DNA of 64,000 nucleotides from Ruditapes philippinarum (lineage: Eukaryota): positions 1-64,000 of the forward strand of contig NW_026852108.1 in the NCBI RefSeq assembly GCF_026571515.1. Direction: 5' to 3'. The notes under the pieces were generated by a model. The model was not told where the DNA came from and did no database searches. It was given only the letters and a program-made list of their open reading frames with translations. The number at the start of each line of letters is the position of its first letter. The first letter of the stretch is position 1. Positions 1 through 12,619 of this stretch are shown here, in pieces. A program made the position numbers and the translations under genes.

Positions 1-1424
1 TATATAACCTTTACAGAGTTGGTGCGACGTAAAACCCAACCAAGAGAAAATATTAAAAAATATCTTATTGCCGCATATAATTATAAAGAATAATAGTATA
101 GAAAAATGGATGAAATTCAAATCTTGAGCAGCCGATATTTTAAAAGACGACAATTCCGGTGAGAAATTTAAATCAAATAATGTTAGATATCTACTTAAGA
201 GTTCAAAATATTCAACTGACAAAATAGCGAAGGTATCCTTTTAATAAAACATATAGGGACAGTCTTCAAATAGGTTCAACATTTCGTAAGAAAGATTTAA
301 AGATTTTTTGAGCGTGTGGTGTGAACTTGGCATATTTAATCTCGCAAAATTGTGTCAACCATTATTGTAGTTTACTTACCGATTATGGTAAAGGACTCTA
401 ATCACCGCCATATTTTGTAAATATATTTTTGTCTTTTTTAGAAGAAATAAAGAAAAAAGTACACAACAATATATAAGCTTGAGTGCAATAAAATTTTATT
501 TTGTTTCTTTGCATTTCTTACAGTCATCTACATGTACATGTATCAACTGAGATCCTCATTCATTTTTAAGGCAATTTAACATCGGAAACTTAATCAAATC
601 TCCCAAAACCCATTCCGTACTTGCAAATATTATATCAACGGCACCCTATCAAGTTTAAACGTATGCGCTATAAACTTAATACGTACGTTTTTAGTTTGAA
701 ATATTACGAGTAAGAAGTTTAATTCTTTATCTTGCTCCTTTTATTGTTTTTTTCTCATAATTGTGTCTTATTTTTGTGAATACATGTATCAAAATAATTT
801 TTCAAAAGAGCTAACCAATATAGTAATATAGATGACAATGAAAAGGTTTGGAAATACTTGCCATTGTAATATCCAGATCAAAGTGGCAAGCACATACTAT
901 CAGTGTCACAATTAAAGAACAAAGCGCAATAATAAAATGTAAGTATGTTTGACAAAAAACCAAGGCTACACATCATTGTGAAAATATTAAGAACAAAAAC
1001 AAAATATTTTTGGTAAACAATATACTCTTAACAACATTTCTAATTGGTCTCTTCTTAAATTGCCATTAATGTTCAGAAAAGTCAGTACACTGGGCAATGG
1101 TTATACATTTTAACAACCTCTGCATCTCATAACAGTGACGGTAGATTTTGTTAAGAAATATTGTAATTATGTAGTGTAGCATTAAGTTTCTTTTTCTTCA
1201 TAAAGTAACTGTTCACAAACATGTTAATCATATATTGTTTAATAGCATATAAACGTTTAGGTTGGCTAAAAACTAAATTCTATAGCTCAGGTAACGATGC
1301 ATGGTCCTTGAAGACATTTACAAGTCAATTACCAGAATCTAGTTCGGTTTAACGTGTCGATTTTCTATATGATAATGGCCCTTAATTGTAGCGGAGGTGT
1401 TGTCTTTACGGACTGAGGCATCAG

Positions 1425-1635
1425 AATTCAGCCACCGTGTCACCGTGCATGATCGTAAGAGGCGACTAAATAGGTCAAAATTATCTCTTAGCTCCAGCAG
1501 GTGAGGTGGTTATGACTCCTGATGTTGCTTTTAATTTGTAACACCCGAGGTAAGTCAATATCATCTTTCCTGTTTCGGCGCCATTATGACCTTAATTGTG
1601 TTGGTGCACCGTAAATCCAAACAAAAACAAAAAAC
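1425..1635 (+). mobile_element. SINE-like fragment (core plus 3' tail)
   Basis: The tail TGTGTTGGTGCACCGTAAATCCAAACAAAAACAAA resembles tails at 15-45 and ~62825-62860; GC-richer core GATCGTAAGAGGCGACTAAA. Confidence 0.4.
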
Positions 1636-1762
1636 AGGTTTAACTATATATGTTTTGAAATGTTATTTGTCATCCATTTATCAGCTCCTTAAATCATTTG
1701 ATATCTCTTATTAAATGCCTGACAACTTCAACTCGATATTTGTGTTACCATGGTTACGATTG

Positions 1763-2863
1763 TTACGGCCGAGTAATGTCATTTCTGTCATTGAGGTTAG
1801 TATTACTAGCGAGTAGGTCCTCCGAGGAATTTTGATACTGGCTGCAACAGAATAACACATTCTGGCAAGTTTCCAGGTTTATGAATCCATACAAAAACGG
1901 GTTAACACATGGATTGATATATGCTATAATCAAAGTCCAAGTGAGTACATATGATGGTAAACTGTTGTTTCTGTAAGAAACGTCATGGTGTAACATTCCC
2001 AAAACTACAAACAGCGGCAGCCACATGATGACAAACACCAGCACTAGTAGAATAAGTGTCTTCACCATTTTTATATCCTTGTTTCTTCTTGCAATTGCCA
2101 CTCTTTGGCTCCTTGTCTGAATATGGCATAAAGCACCAACTGCTTTCTTTGAGGACCAAAATTTCCGGAATATTTGATAGTAGTTAAAGGTGATCACAGT
2201 CATTGGCATGAAGAAGGCAAACAATACCAACATTGCCATAAAGAACGCGGAATAATGAATTCTTCCTCGTGGCCATAGCAACGAGCATATTGTTGCCATT
2301 TCTTCACCAACTTCTATGTCTTTGAGGTGAAAGAAAAGAGCTAATGGGAGGAAACAACATGCACTGACAATCCAAATACATAAGCAAATCAAAACAACAT
2401 GGCCTGTTCGTATTCTATTCACCATCCCTTTGTTGATGCAAAGGTACCTGTCCACGCTAATCACCGCCATTGTCCAAATCATTGCAATGGCGCACACAAA
2501 CATCCCATAAGTCAACAGATGACACATACCGTCTCCAAGACGCCACGTGCCTGTGATTCTGACGTAAGCAACAAATGGTGCAGCTGTAGCGAACAAAATG
2601 TCGCCAATGGCAAGATTGCATACAAAGTAGTTGGTTATGGTTCTCGAACTTCTTGTCTTGAACATAATCCCAAGAATGAAGAAGTTTCCGATAACAGACA
2701 TTACGAACAATGTTGTCATGATTGTTGCCTCAATATAAGCAGCCCCTTTCCAGGGTCTGTTAAACTCACTAAAATATGTAAAATATGTTACGTTCCCAAG
2801 TCCAAACATGGTATCCGTGGCAATGAAATAAGATCTGTTAGCTTGAGAGCCACCTGTCACCAT
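1763..2863 (-). CDS. FFAR4: Class A GPCR, free fatty acid receptor 4 (GPR120)-like, 366 aa, intronless (paralog 1)
   Basis: ATG at 2863 (the ORF-track start at 2869 is TTG). Seven hydrophobic segments; GN (TM1), NLAIGD (TM2), DRY, WLP (TM6), NPFLY (TM7). YVRITGTWRLGDGMCHLLTY, FTYFSE and ICSLLWP match human FFAR4 as recalled (AVRWTEAWLLGPVACHLLFY, FPFFSD, ICTLIWP). The GPCR call is certain; FFAR4 orthology is less so. Confidence 0.88.
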   Translation of the reverse strand: MVTGGSQANRSYFIATDTMFGLGNVTYFTYFSEFNRPWKGAAYIEATIMTTLFVMSVIGNFFILGIMFKTRSSRTITNYFVCNLAIGDILFATAAPFVAYVRITGTWRLGDGMCHLLTYGMFVCAIAMIWTMAVISVDRYLCINKGMVNRIRTGHVVLICLCIWIVSACCFLPLALFFHLKDIEVGEEMATICSLLWPRGRIHYSAFFMAMLVLFAFFMPMTVITFNYYQIFRKFWSSKKAVGALCHIQTRSQRVAIARRNKDIKMVKTLILLVLVFVIMWLPLFVVLGMLHHDVSYRNNSLPSYVLTWTLIIAYINPCVNPFLYGFINLETCQNVLFCCSQYQNSSEDLLASNTNLNDRNDITRP

Positions 2864-4212
2864 CTTCAAATGATAATTTGATCACTTGTAAAGTTAAATA
2901 ATAAAAACACAACCAAATTATGACTTATTTATTTGTAACTTGGTTAAAGCGATAATTCATTGGAAAAAAACCCATAAAGCAGATGTAACAGAATTTCCTA
3001 CAGGCGAGCTGAAATAATCAGTTATGATGTGTTTTGTCATTTGTCAACAACGGTTATTATTTATTGGAGGTATCAGGATTTCCGCCTTCTTCGTTGAAGA
3101 GTTCTGATAAAGAAACACTATCAGTAAATTAAAGATACCGTACAACCTCGAGCAATTTGATTAAATCTAAACTTTGTCATGACTGTTGCCTGAAATAAAG
3201 TGCGTGCATATTAAAATGATAAACAAAAGATAAAAAAAAAATGAGAACTCAATATTTACACCAGGACGATACAATATCTTAATTTCCATGAATATGAATT
3301 TGTTAAAATGGATGCACACCGGATACTCATTAATTATACTCCAAGTTCGATAATTTATTTTAAATTAACACATGTAAAACATGTAGGGAGTTGAGGTTGT
3401 AGCTTTCACAAGTTCCTTTCTCATAAAACAGAGTTCAAGTTCATATCGTATGCAACATGTAGTGCAATCCTGTACAATCTTATCGTTTTCGCTCCATTAC
3501 TCTGCGTTTCCTAGCGTTACCTAACGAAAGGTAATGGAGAGTCAATAAGGTTATGATTTATTTTGCTCGCCGCGTCCAGAGGATGATACTCTGAGATTTG
3601 GCTAGTACGTGAAATCCGACGGCGACGTCGATATCAACTTACGTTTCTTAGAGATAATGACGTATGACTTCTGGAAAACTAGTATGCCAATCCTGCTCTG
3701 GAACATTGACCTTTGAGGAATTTTTCGAGCGACTCTAGTAAAAAACATTTTGGATCCACGCCTGTACGGTACAAGTATTACAAAACAAAATGAGAATAAC
3801 AACCGTGTTTTAAATAGACACATTGTGGCGCCGTTATATGTCGCAATGCCGCTTAATGTCGTACTTACCGCTAAATGTCGCAACCGCCGCTAAATGTCGC
3901 AAATCGTCTGCCGTTAAATGTCGCAATGGTAACGTCAAATGTCGCACGATTTTCCCTTACCGTTAAATGTCGCAACACTACCGTTAAATGTCGCAAAATT
4001 TTAATTCATGTTAAACAAGTAGCTGGTGGTATTATGTTAATATAATTACCATTATGTATGTAATCTGGCGACAAATTATCTGTCATGTAGGAACTGCTTT
4101 GCTGTAGTATTTAAATAAATTGGTTGAAATGAAGTCATCTTAGTCGGTATTATAAATTGACGACCATAATTTATCCAAAAAGCCCCTTGGTGATTAAACA
4201 CATTTTTATTAC

Positions 4213-5155
4213 GTTTTTGTCTCCCGCCTTTTTGAAGAAAAAGAGGGATACATAAAAAGGCTACGTCCGTCTGTCCGCTCCTTAACTCAGCCGTTCATCA
4301 AGGGATTTTGAAATAACATATGTTCACCAAATTAGGACGACCTGTCATGCGAAACAACCAGACCTCCACGGTGGTCCCACTTGGAGATCAGAGGTCAACA
4401 TTGTCTGATGGAGGGTACAATTCGTGTCGGGTTTATAACTTTTAAGTCCATCAAGGTATTTGAAATAACTTGGCACAAATGCTCACTATCTAAGACAACG
4501 TGCTTGCGAGACAATGGTCACAGTCAACATTGTTTTATGGGGAGTATATTTCTTGTCCAATCCTTACCGTTTTCATCTATAAAGGGATTTTGAAATGATA
4601 TATCACACATGTTTATCATAATAGGACCACATGTCATACACAACACTCAGAATCCTACTTCCAAGGTCAAGGTCACACTAAAAGGTCAAAACTTAAAGTG
4701 GTCTGTTATAATGCCTTTTTGTGTCAGATCCACAACATTTTCACTCATCAAAGTATTTTGAGTTTGCACAATATTCACCATATCAAGATAATGAGTCATG
4801 CGCGACACTCCGACCTCTAACAAGGTCAAGGTCACACTAAGAGATCAAAGCTAAACATGTTCTGTATTTTCCTTGTCCAGAGAAAATCTCCGAAAGTATT
4901 AGAGATTCCAGTGAAACTTAAAATATGCACTGTAACTCCATCTTGAATATATTTTAATTGTTTCCCTGTATGTACTTATTTTCAGTGACACAAACTCCTC
5001 AAATGTATTTCTATTGACACATACACAGGAGTTATTTCATTATATTTCTATGATGAATTTATTGTTGTCTGTGCATTTACTGAAACTCAAACTGTCAAAA
5101 TCATACTATTGCGTGCTTCATGTAAAACTTCCGGGGCACTTGGTAACTCTGTTTT
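4213..5155 (+). mobile_element. Degenerate Helentron-associated (HINE/DINE-1-like) element inserted in the left foldback arm
   Basis: T-rich start, GTCC microsatellite at ~4264-4277, and ~160-bp internal repeats containing CAAGGTCAAGGTCACACTA (~4662, ~4821). It interrupts the arm alignment. Boundaries approximate. Confidence 0.55.
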
Positions 5156-5619
5156 TATAGGTATTATACTATAGGTATTATCATATTGTTTCAATCAGAT
5201 TACAGTTTTATAAAATCCATTGATGCAAAAATCTGATTAGTCTTGGGCTTTTTTCCTTTCTTTCTTTTTCTTTCATTACCAGTAAAAATGTGTTTCATGA
5301 GAAGTTTATGCTTTTGAACTTCGCCACATAAATCATCAAGATATGCAAGGGACGATAAATGATAGATACTTTCCTTATTGGCCTAACCTGGCGAGCTGAT
5401 ACAATACTATATACAATACAATATAATACTTAAGTGTCAAAAATGATATCTTTTGATACTAGCAACTTTGGTTTACGATTGTTTTGCAACTGGCAACAAA
5501 TCATGTAATTGGAAACTGTTGCGCGTTTAGAAATCAGCCATGTGCCACACGGCCAAATTCAATCGAAATTTTCGGCGGTTTTAGCAATACTAATTCTAGC
5601 AAGTCAACGAAAAGGTACG

Positions 5620-6360
5620 GTTGTTACAACCGGTTTTGCAATAAAACGAGTTTTGCAATAATTTATTGCAAAACTCATTGTGATGACATACTTTTGTTGC
5701 AAGTTTTTCACAACCAGTTTTGCAATAAATTATTATTATATTTATCTTTTTATATAAGGATTGACATACAGTGAGTTCTTTCATTAAATTTGTATATATG
5801 ATTATACATTAATTTCCAGTTTAGAATTTATTTATAATGGCAAAATAGATGATATTTGAATGTGTTTTGTATTAAACATCAGCACACACAGCGAACACTT
5901 TGGCTGATATACATATTTGATCGTGTAACAATGCCGAAACTTACAAATACTTTTCAGAAGTTACGTATTTACAACATTATTGCAAAACTCGTTGCGATGA
6001 CATAATTTTGTAGCATTTTTTTCACAACCAGTTTTGCAATTAAAACGAGTTTTGAAATAAATTATTCTTATATCAGATTTGATATGAAGATTATGCTCTA
6101 AATATTATTATCTTTAAATATCTTTTTTATGATTTTAAGGGATTTTATATTTCAATTATTAAAGTATATATGATTTAATACCAATTTCCATTCTCAAATC
6201 ATATATTCATGATTGCAAAATATTTGATAATTGAATGATTTTTATTACATATCAGCACAATTTTATTATCAATAACCATTGTATTTTCTGCAAAAGTTTT
6301 GGCTCAAAACTCGGTGAATTGCATATTTGATCTTGTAACAGTGTCGGAAGTTACAAGTAC
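5620..6360. repeat. Degenerate direct duplication (~315-400 bp unit) rich in TTTTGCAATAA/TTATTGCAAAA
   Basis: TTATTGCAAAACTC...GATGACATA...TTCACAACCAGTTTTGCAAT occurs at ~5663 and ~5977. Confidence 0.6.
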
Positions 6361-9300
6361 TTCGTGGCATTATATTACCAATAACGTTATTGTTGAAAAT
6401 GTTGTTAAAATTCGACAATGTATATAAAGGGTTTTAATGGGTTATTATAGAAGTATCTTGAACTATAAACATGGATATTAATGGTTCGTAAGAGTTACTT
6501 CTCCTACCGAATACAATACCAGATAAAATAATGGCAATTTTGACATACTTCCGTTCATTTCAGTTAGTGTATCGATGTATGTATTTATTGGGAATATCAA
6601 AATTTATCATTATCTTATTTGCCCTGCCATTAGAGAAATAGTTAACTATTCAACAATTATCACTTTTACATTTCGCTAATTTTTGTATCTTCTTCCATAA
6701 ATAACAATGCCATTCATCTTCCTCTATTAACATTTAAAGGTTCTTCATTATGATAATGCATATTAATGTTCGCTTATAAATTATTGGCAAATTACATACC
6801 AACTGTTGCTTTTTATCCGAACGTTTTAATGTCACCAAAATGTCATTGGTATGATACTTTTAGTTATTCAACCCTAGTCATACCATACAGACGGAAAATG
6901 AAACTAATAACATAAAAACTAACATCAAAAACAATTAGTTACATAGCAATAGCAAAAATAACACAACCAAAAACAACAAATTCGTAACTTTCCTCCAGAT
7001 ACTGGTAAATAGATAAAATTGAATATTTTGTACAGTTTGTATTCCTGTTTATTTCATATCGTTACCTAACACACATTTTTTTACAATCACAATCTTGTGT
7101 TCCGACAGTGAGGCAAAGAAATTTGACGTGTTTTATAAACAATTATTGGCCGAATTTGGTAATAAGTGAGAAGTACAAATATAATTCTGTGCACAAGCAT
7201 TTGACTTAAAAGTAATGTTTACGAACTGTAAATATGTAATAGTAAAAAAGAGTAGTCAACTACAATTCTTTAACAACATCCCTTTCATGAACCAACATTT
7301 CGGCTAAACAGCATTTTTCAGAGTACATAAATACATTATAAATAATAAACAAGAACAGTATGTCAGCGTCAGATGACGTAAATAGCGAAGACGACAAAAG
7401 ATAAAAAGACTATGTCGTAATTATCATAGACAGGATCAAGTTGATGCGATATACTTTTGAAAAAAGCAGTAAAAGTGCAAAAGAAAGTAAAAACACCCGT
7501 AAAACTGACTAAGATTGTACAAAATAACCCAAAGGAAAATGAATATAAACAGATCCTGTTTATTGCATAATTTCGTTATACAAAGTATTTTAAATAAATA
7601 GCACCTAGACCAAAAAGTATTGATAAGAATCATTAAAGACATTTAAAATTGAATAATCTCCTACGTGTCAATGAGACTGACATAAAATTATGCCCTTGTT
7701 GGCAAATACTACTAAGAGGATATTTTTTCGTTTGAGTGAAATATGGAATATATTTTCACGAAATATGCTAAAATTCCATATATTTTCACGAGCCGGAACC
7801 AATAAGTAAAAACAATAAAAGTTGTTCACAAAGATTTTAATTGTATGCAATAATATTTTGATTATTCATCAGTGAGATTCAATTTAATGTCGTCATCTTA
7901 CACTGTGTTGAGAAAACATATAACATAATTATCATTTTAATTTCTTATAATGAAATGAATAACTGAAGCTATTGACTGTCAGAAAAAAACATCTGAAAGT
8001 TGTCACTAGATATAAATATGTATTTTGACTCCGCCCACTTTCATATTTTTTAAATATCTATAACATACCGTACGTGTATGACTGAAACACTATTTCAAAT
8101 TGTAATGAAAGAAAAAAAAGGAAAAAAACTAAACAGGTTTTTGCATCAATGACATTTTTAAGATCGTAATTCGTAATATGATAGTGACAATATCATAAAA
8201 CCTTTCAAGGTGAAGATTTAGGGAAAATGCGGACACAATATAAAATCTCAATCCAATCTTTCTAGAATATGCTTCCTAGTATTTCAGATCTATTATATCG
8301 TAGCTCAAAACCTTGGCACGTAGTTTGTTAAATGAAAACACGTATGTGTGCAAAAGCCAAAGAGGCATGAATGATAGTTATAGATTTTAAAACCCAATAA
8401 GAAAACTATTATTTCAACCAATCATTTTAGAAGACACTTCAAAGCCTATTCTAGCAGAAAGTTGGGAATTTTCCCCCTATTAGATATGAACTTATTCATT
8501 TTTGCTTTATTAATGATAAGTAACGGATAACTAACATACGGACAAATCTAATGCAACACCATTAGCTGCTAGTTTAACATGAATTTACATCTTGCGACAT
8601 TTAACGGTAGCGTTGCGACATTTAACGGAAAGTGAAAATCGTGCGACATTTAACGTTACCATTGCGACATTTAACGGCAGACGATTTTGCGACATTTAGC
8701 GGCGGTTGCGACATACATGCATATATTGTGCAAACATCCACAACAGAGTGTTGCCTCCAATTTATATAATCCAGAAAATGTAATTAGAATCCAGTACATG
8801 TATAAGGGCACTTCTTATAATTATTTGTTGTTGTTGGGTTGGGTTTTTTTTGTTTTGTTTTTGTTGATTTTTTTTTTGTAAATTAACAATTGACATAATT
8901 ATACAAAAGCTACATTTTATTTCAGCTATTATCTACACCAGAGTGAAAAAATATAAATCTGGAAAACTTATGTATCTGTATCATATCTACGCATAAAATG
9001 CATGCACACATATTACTAAAATAGTTTTTGTGTCGGGTTATAATTTTTCGGAGTTTTACCGTACATTGTTATTTATACCGATTATTTGCAGGAAGCTTGC
9101 CACTTGTGGAGTTGTTGCCAAGATATTAAAATGTGTTGTAAATCAATGTTGTGTCAAGCACTTTACCCTTCTGATAAGACTCATTAAGCACTCTAAAAAT
9201 CTGCCAGGTTGTTCCATTAATACCAATGTTCACAGTCTTCATGTATTAAAACATCTGAGGTATTGATATTCTTTGCAGGATTGTTATCAGTTTGAAATAA

Positions 9301-9590
9301 ATTCGTTCAACACCCACAACATTCTACTAGTCTAAATTTAAGTTTCTCAAAACACGAAGAGCAGAAACCGGTATAAGTAGTCCAATAAATATGACGTTGC
9401 TTTGAGATATATATTTCATGGCAAAGCAACTTCAACAAGATCGTAAAGTCTGATATATTGGACAACGGTATAAGAAGTCACAAGGAACATACGTACGTAC
9501 ACTTTTACAATAAACACACGTTTGATCGATGCACAGTTATATGTATAGTTGAAATTGAAAACGTGTCAATTACAAAAAATACTGTAGCGG

Positions 9591-10670
9591 TCACATATAT
9601 GTTGCACTTGTTGGCTCCTCCTGTGGAAGAGCCATTGTTACAGCTGTGCTACGCTGTTTGTACCGTCGGCAGCACGCTATATTTCGGATAAATTCAGCGT
9701 TCATGAAACCATACAACACAGGGTTAATGCATGGATTGAGGTAAGCAATGATTAAAGCGCACGTTAAACCATACGACGGCATCTCGTTCCTACCGTTTTC
9801 TATATCTTCTCTTATCATGCTGAAAACAATGACGACCGGAAGCCACATGATGACGAAAATGACAACGAGCAAAACAAGTGACGTCACTACTCTGTGTTCC
9901 CGTTTTCTTCTTGTTTGTGTGCCACTGTTAGAAGCCGTCTGCGAAATTGTATCTATTGCTCTTTTTGAATTCAGGAACTTTTTGAATATGCAGAAGTAGT
10001 TAATTGATATTATTACAACCGGAAGTCCAAACCCGAGTACAAGTAACATCGTGGTAAACAGTACAGAATAGTGAATGTGTCCACTAGGCCATGTCAGAGT
10101 ACAGAATTTGTACTTTGTACCATTTTGATCAATCTCTTGAATATGAAAGAAAAACGCCGTAGGTAGAAAACAACATGATGTTGTAAGCCAGATACCAGCG
10201 CAGATATAGAATATGTGTACTGGTGCCAGGCGTCTGGAAGAAGATACATTTTTAACAATACAGACGTATCTGTCAATACTTATTGCAACCATTGTCCAGA
10301 TCATTGTATTAGAACAGACAAACATCCCATAATTCAGTAAGTGGCACATTCCGTCCCCTAGGTACCACGAGCCAGTGAGTCTGACGTAAGCAACTAATGG
10401 CGCCGAAGATACAAATAATATATCGCCAATGGCAAGATTGCACACAAAATAATTGGTAACTGTTCTGGCTTTTCTAGATTTGAAGATAACTCCAAGAATG
10501 ATGATGTTTTCAAACACTGACACGAAACATAAAATAATCATAGTAATAGCCTCTAAATAAGCAGCTCCTTTCCATGATCGGTTAAATTCGCTGAAATAAG
10601 TGAAATAAATGGTGCTATTATCCGAGCCATAGAAGAATGACCTGTTTATCTGAGATGTACCGTATACCAT
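9591..10670 (-). CDS. FFAR4: Class A GPCR, FFAR4-like, 359 aa, intronless (paralog 2)
   Basis: Colinear paralog of 1763..2863 (YFTYFSEFNR, NYFVCNLAIGDILF, YVRLTGSWYLGDGMCHLL, DRY, IMWLP, NPVLY). Confidence 0.88.
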   Translation of the reverse strand: MVYGTSQINRSFFYGSDNSTIYFTYFSEFNRSWKGAAYLEAITMIILCFVSVFENIIILGVIFKSRKARTVTNYFVCNLAIGDILFVSSAPLVAYVRLTGSWYLGDGMCHLLNYGMFVCSNTMIWTMVAISIDRYVCIVKNVSSSRRLAPVHIFYICAGIWLTTSCCFLPTAFFFHIQEIDQNGTKYKFCTLTWPSGHIHYSVLFTTMLLVLGFGLPVVIISINYFCIFKKFLNSKRAIDTISQTASNSGTQTRRKREHRVVTSLVLLVVIFVIMWLPVVIVFSMIREDIENGRNEMPSYGLTCALIIAYLNPCINPVLYGFMNAEFIRNIACCRRYKQRSTAVTMALPQEEPTSATYM

Positions 10671-12094
10671 TATGTTGACTTCCGGTCTATCTCACGGTAA
10701 TCCTCATCGTTTTAAGTTTTATGTCTAAATCTCCACTGACCAGGTTCTTAATCTTCTCCTTTCCTATTAAAACAAGTCCTTCCTGTATTTCTCGTATCAA
10801 TGCTAGATAACGAAATACTCAACAAAACAGTTACAAACACAATTCACGTGCCGCTGTAATTAATGCTCATTTCCAGAAATACACGCAACAATTATGTTTA
10901 CATACAAATCATGGCATGTGAAATATTTCATAAATAAACTCGTCTACTTGTTCTGTTTATAGAAATGTATCAGAGGTACTTATATCCCAAGCAATAAAGC
11001 AATAATAATAAAGTGATGAATAAATATCCCCCGATATTAAATTAAGGTCAATTTCGAAAATATGCAAATAGTTGAGCTCTCCTATTATTACATTATTAAT
11101 ATTTTCATCGGCGGGAAAAACTCAAAATGTCAACCCACATTATTAATAACACAGAGTTTTCATTTCATAACCATCGATTCTCGGAAGCAACGAAATGATG
11201 ACGGATCTTATTCTCGCCATATAAAAATATCCGGGTAGGTGGGGGCGCTAAAGACTTTTCGTTAAATTTCATTGCATATGAGGTCCGTCCTTTTAAATTT
11301 GCTATGATTTTTTTATCACAAGAAAGACATATAACAAATAAAGACAGTTTATTAAGTCATTTTTATTTTATGTTGAACTACATTTTGATATTGTGTCCTG
11401 CTTAGAATGTGGAACAAAGTTAAAGGGATTCCATTATGCAAAAGCTTATCACTCTCATTTCCCTTAGGCTAATAAGTTGCCATATTCATTGGTTCTTAAC
11501 TTTGTTAAATGTATATGTTTGCTTTGAAAGTAAATGCAAATAATGTTAAGGAAAATCATCATAAAGCAGACGAAAACCATTACAATTAATTAAGACTATT
11601 TGTACGTTATCAACACTGCATATTTACATATTTGGACTAAATGCATGTGTTTAAGTTATCATTTAACATTTTTCTTTTGTAAGAAAACTGGTACATATGT
11701 AATAAGAATCTACGTGCGCACCTAAATATCATTTGTTACGGGAATATTTGCAAAAGAAACAAAAACAAATTGTGTTCTCTCATCTCGATAAGTCATACAT
11801 GAGTATCTCTAGCTTTATTTCTGTATTTATCATGCAAATTATTTTGTCTACAAGATTTATATACACATTTGTATAATTTTGTTGTTAATGCTGATTTGTT
11901 AGTGAAATTAGATATTTATAAAACTGATGCTCATGGGCCTAGTTAAAAATAAAACTTGAAACTTGTTATAAATTCTGTATTGAACATAGAAAGAAATGCA
12001 CTAGAAATATACAAATTATTTTCATGTGTAGTTAGTAGGAAACAGACGACATTGGTATTTTCTGATTTTCCGAGCAGACGATATGAAAGTGTCC

Positions 12095-12619
12095 TCAGTG
12101 CAACTGAGTGCTGTATTTGCAACATCCCAAAAACAGTTCTATAGGATCAAACGCAACATCAAGGCCAAGGGCGACAAGTAGAAATATTTGTTCTGCCTTT
12201 TCAGTGTTAATATGTTCCCTTCCGTAAATAGTCCCGGCTAATATGATAAACGCAATTATCATATGAATAGTTTTGAATGTCAGGAAAAATCTGTTAAGAC
12301 GCCTCACTTTTTCAGAGTTGCCGATTCCGTGTTGTAACACGCTTCCTGATTGGCTACCAATTAATAAGAATGCTCCAATCATCAGTAGCGTTATTGTAGA
12401 TATTATAACGACATCTAGTGTGAAATTTTCTTCGGTTTCTTTTTTCAACACAGATTCTTTTAATATGATTATTTCTACAACGTCCAAAGCAATTCCAATG
12501 GTAGCGCGACACATGTAGAAAATAAATCCAATATCACCCCCACCAAAACATTTTGAAGCCAGTTTGAGAGCAAATAATGTAAAATCCATGGGGTCTTCAA
12601 ACAAGCCCCGAGACGCCAT
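12095..12619 (-). CDS. Uncharacterised 174-aa protein with ~4 predicted transmembrane helices
   Basis: ATG at 12619 in AAGATGG context; single open frame, higher GC than flanks; hydrophobic segments GFIFYMCRATIGIALDVVEIIIL, LDVVIISTITLLMIGAFLLIG, FFLTFKTIHMIIAFIILAGTIYG, IFLLVALGLDVAFDPIELFLG. No family recognised. Confidence 0.65.
   Translation of the reverse strand: MASRGLFEDPMDFTLFALKLASKCFGGGDIGFIFYMCRATIGIALDVVEIIILKESVLKKETEENFTLDVVIISTITLLMIGAFLLIGSQSGSVLQHGIGNSEKVRRLNRFFLTFKTIHMIIAFIILAGTIYGREHINTEKAEQIFLLVALGLDVAFDPIELFLGCCKYSTQLH

Larger units (their letters stand above)
3831..8715. mobile_element. Foldback-like non-autonomous element with long, tandemly repetitive inverted arms
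   Basis: About 8 copies of (CCGT)TAAATGTCGCA at 3831-3998 are mirrored by 6 reverse-complement copies at 8592-8715. The spacers are mirrored too (3875-4030 vs 8557-8714). More degenerate inverted similarity continues inward (4110-4210 vs 8330-8430; 5195-5300 vs 8085-8170). Confidence 0.75.

Noticed and set aside
2399-2881. 160-aa plus-strand ORF and other antisense ORFs over the GPCRs and secreted genes
   Set aside because: Antisense shadows of real coding sequence with no recognisable features.
3831-3998. CRISPR-like short repeats with variable spacers
   Set aside because: Repeats are ~11-16 bp with ~5-12-bp spacers, mirrored at 8592-8715 as transposon arms; eukaryotic context and no cas genes.
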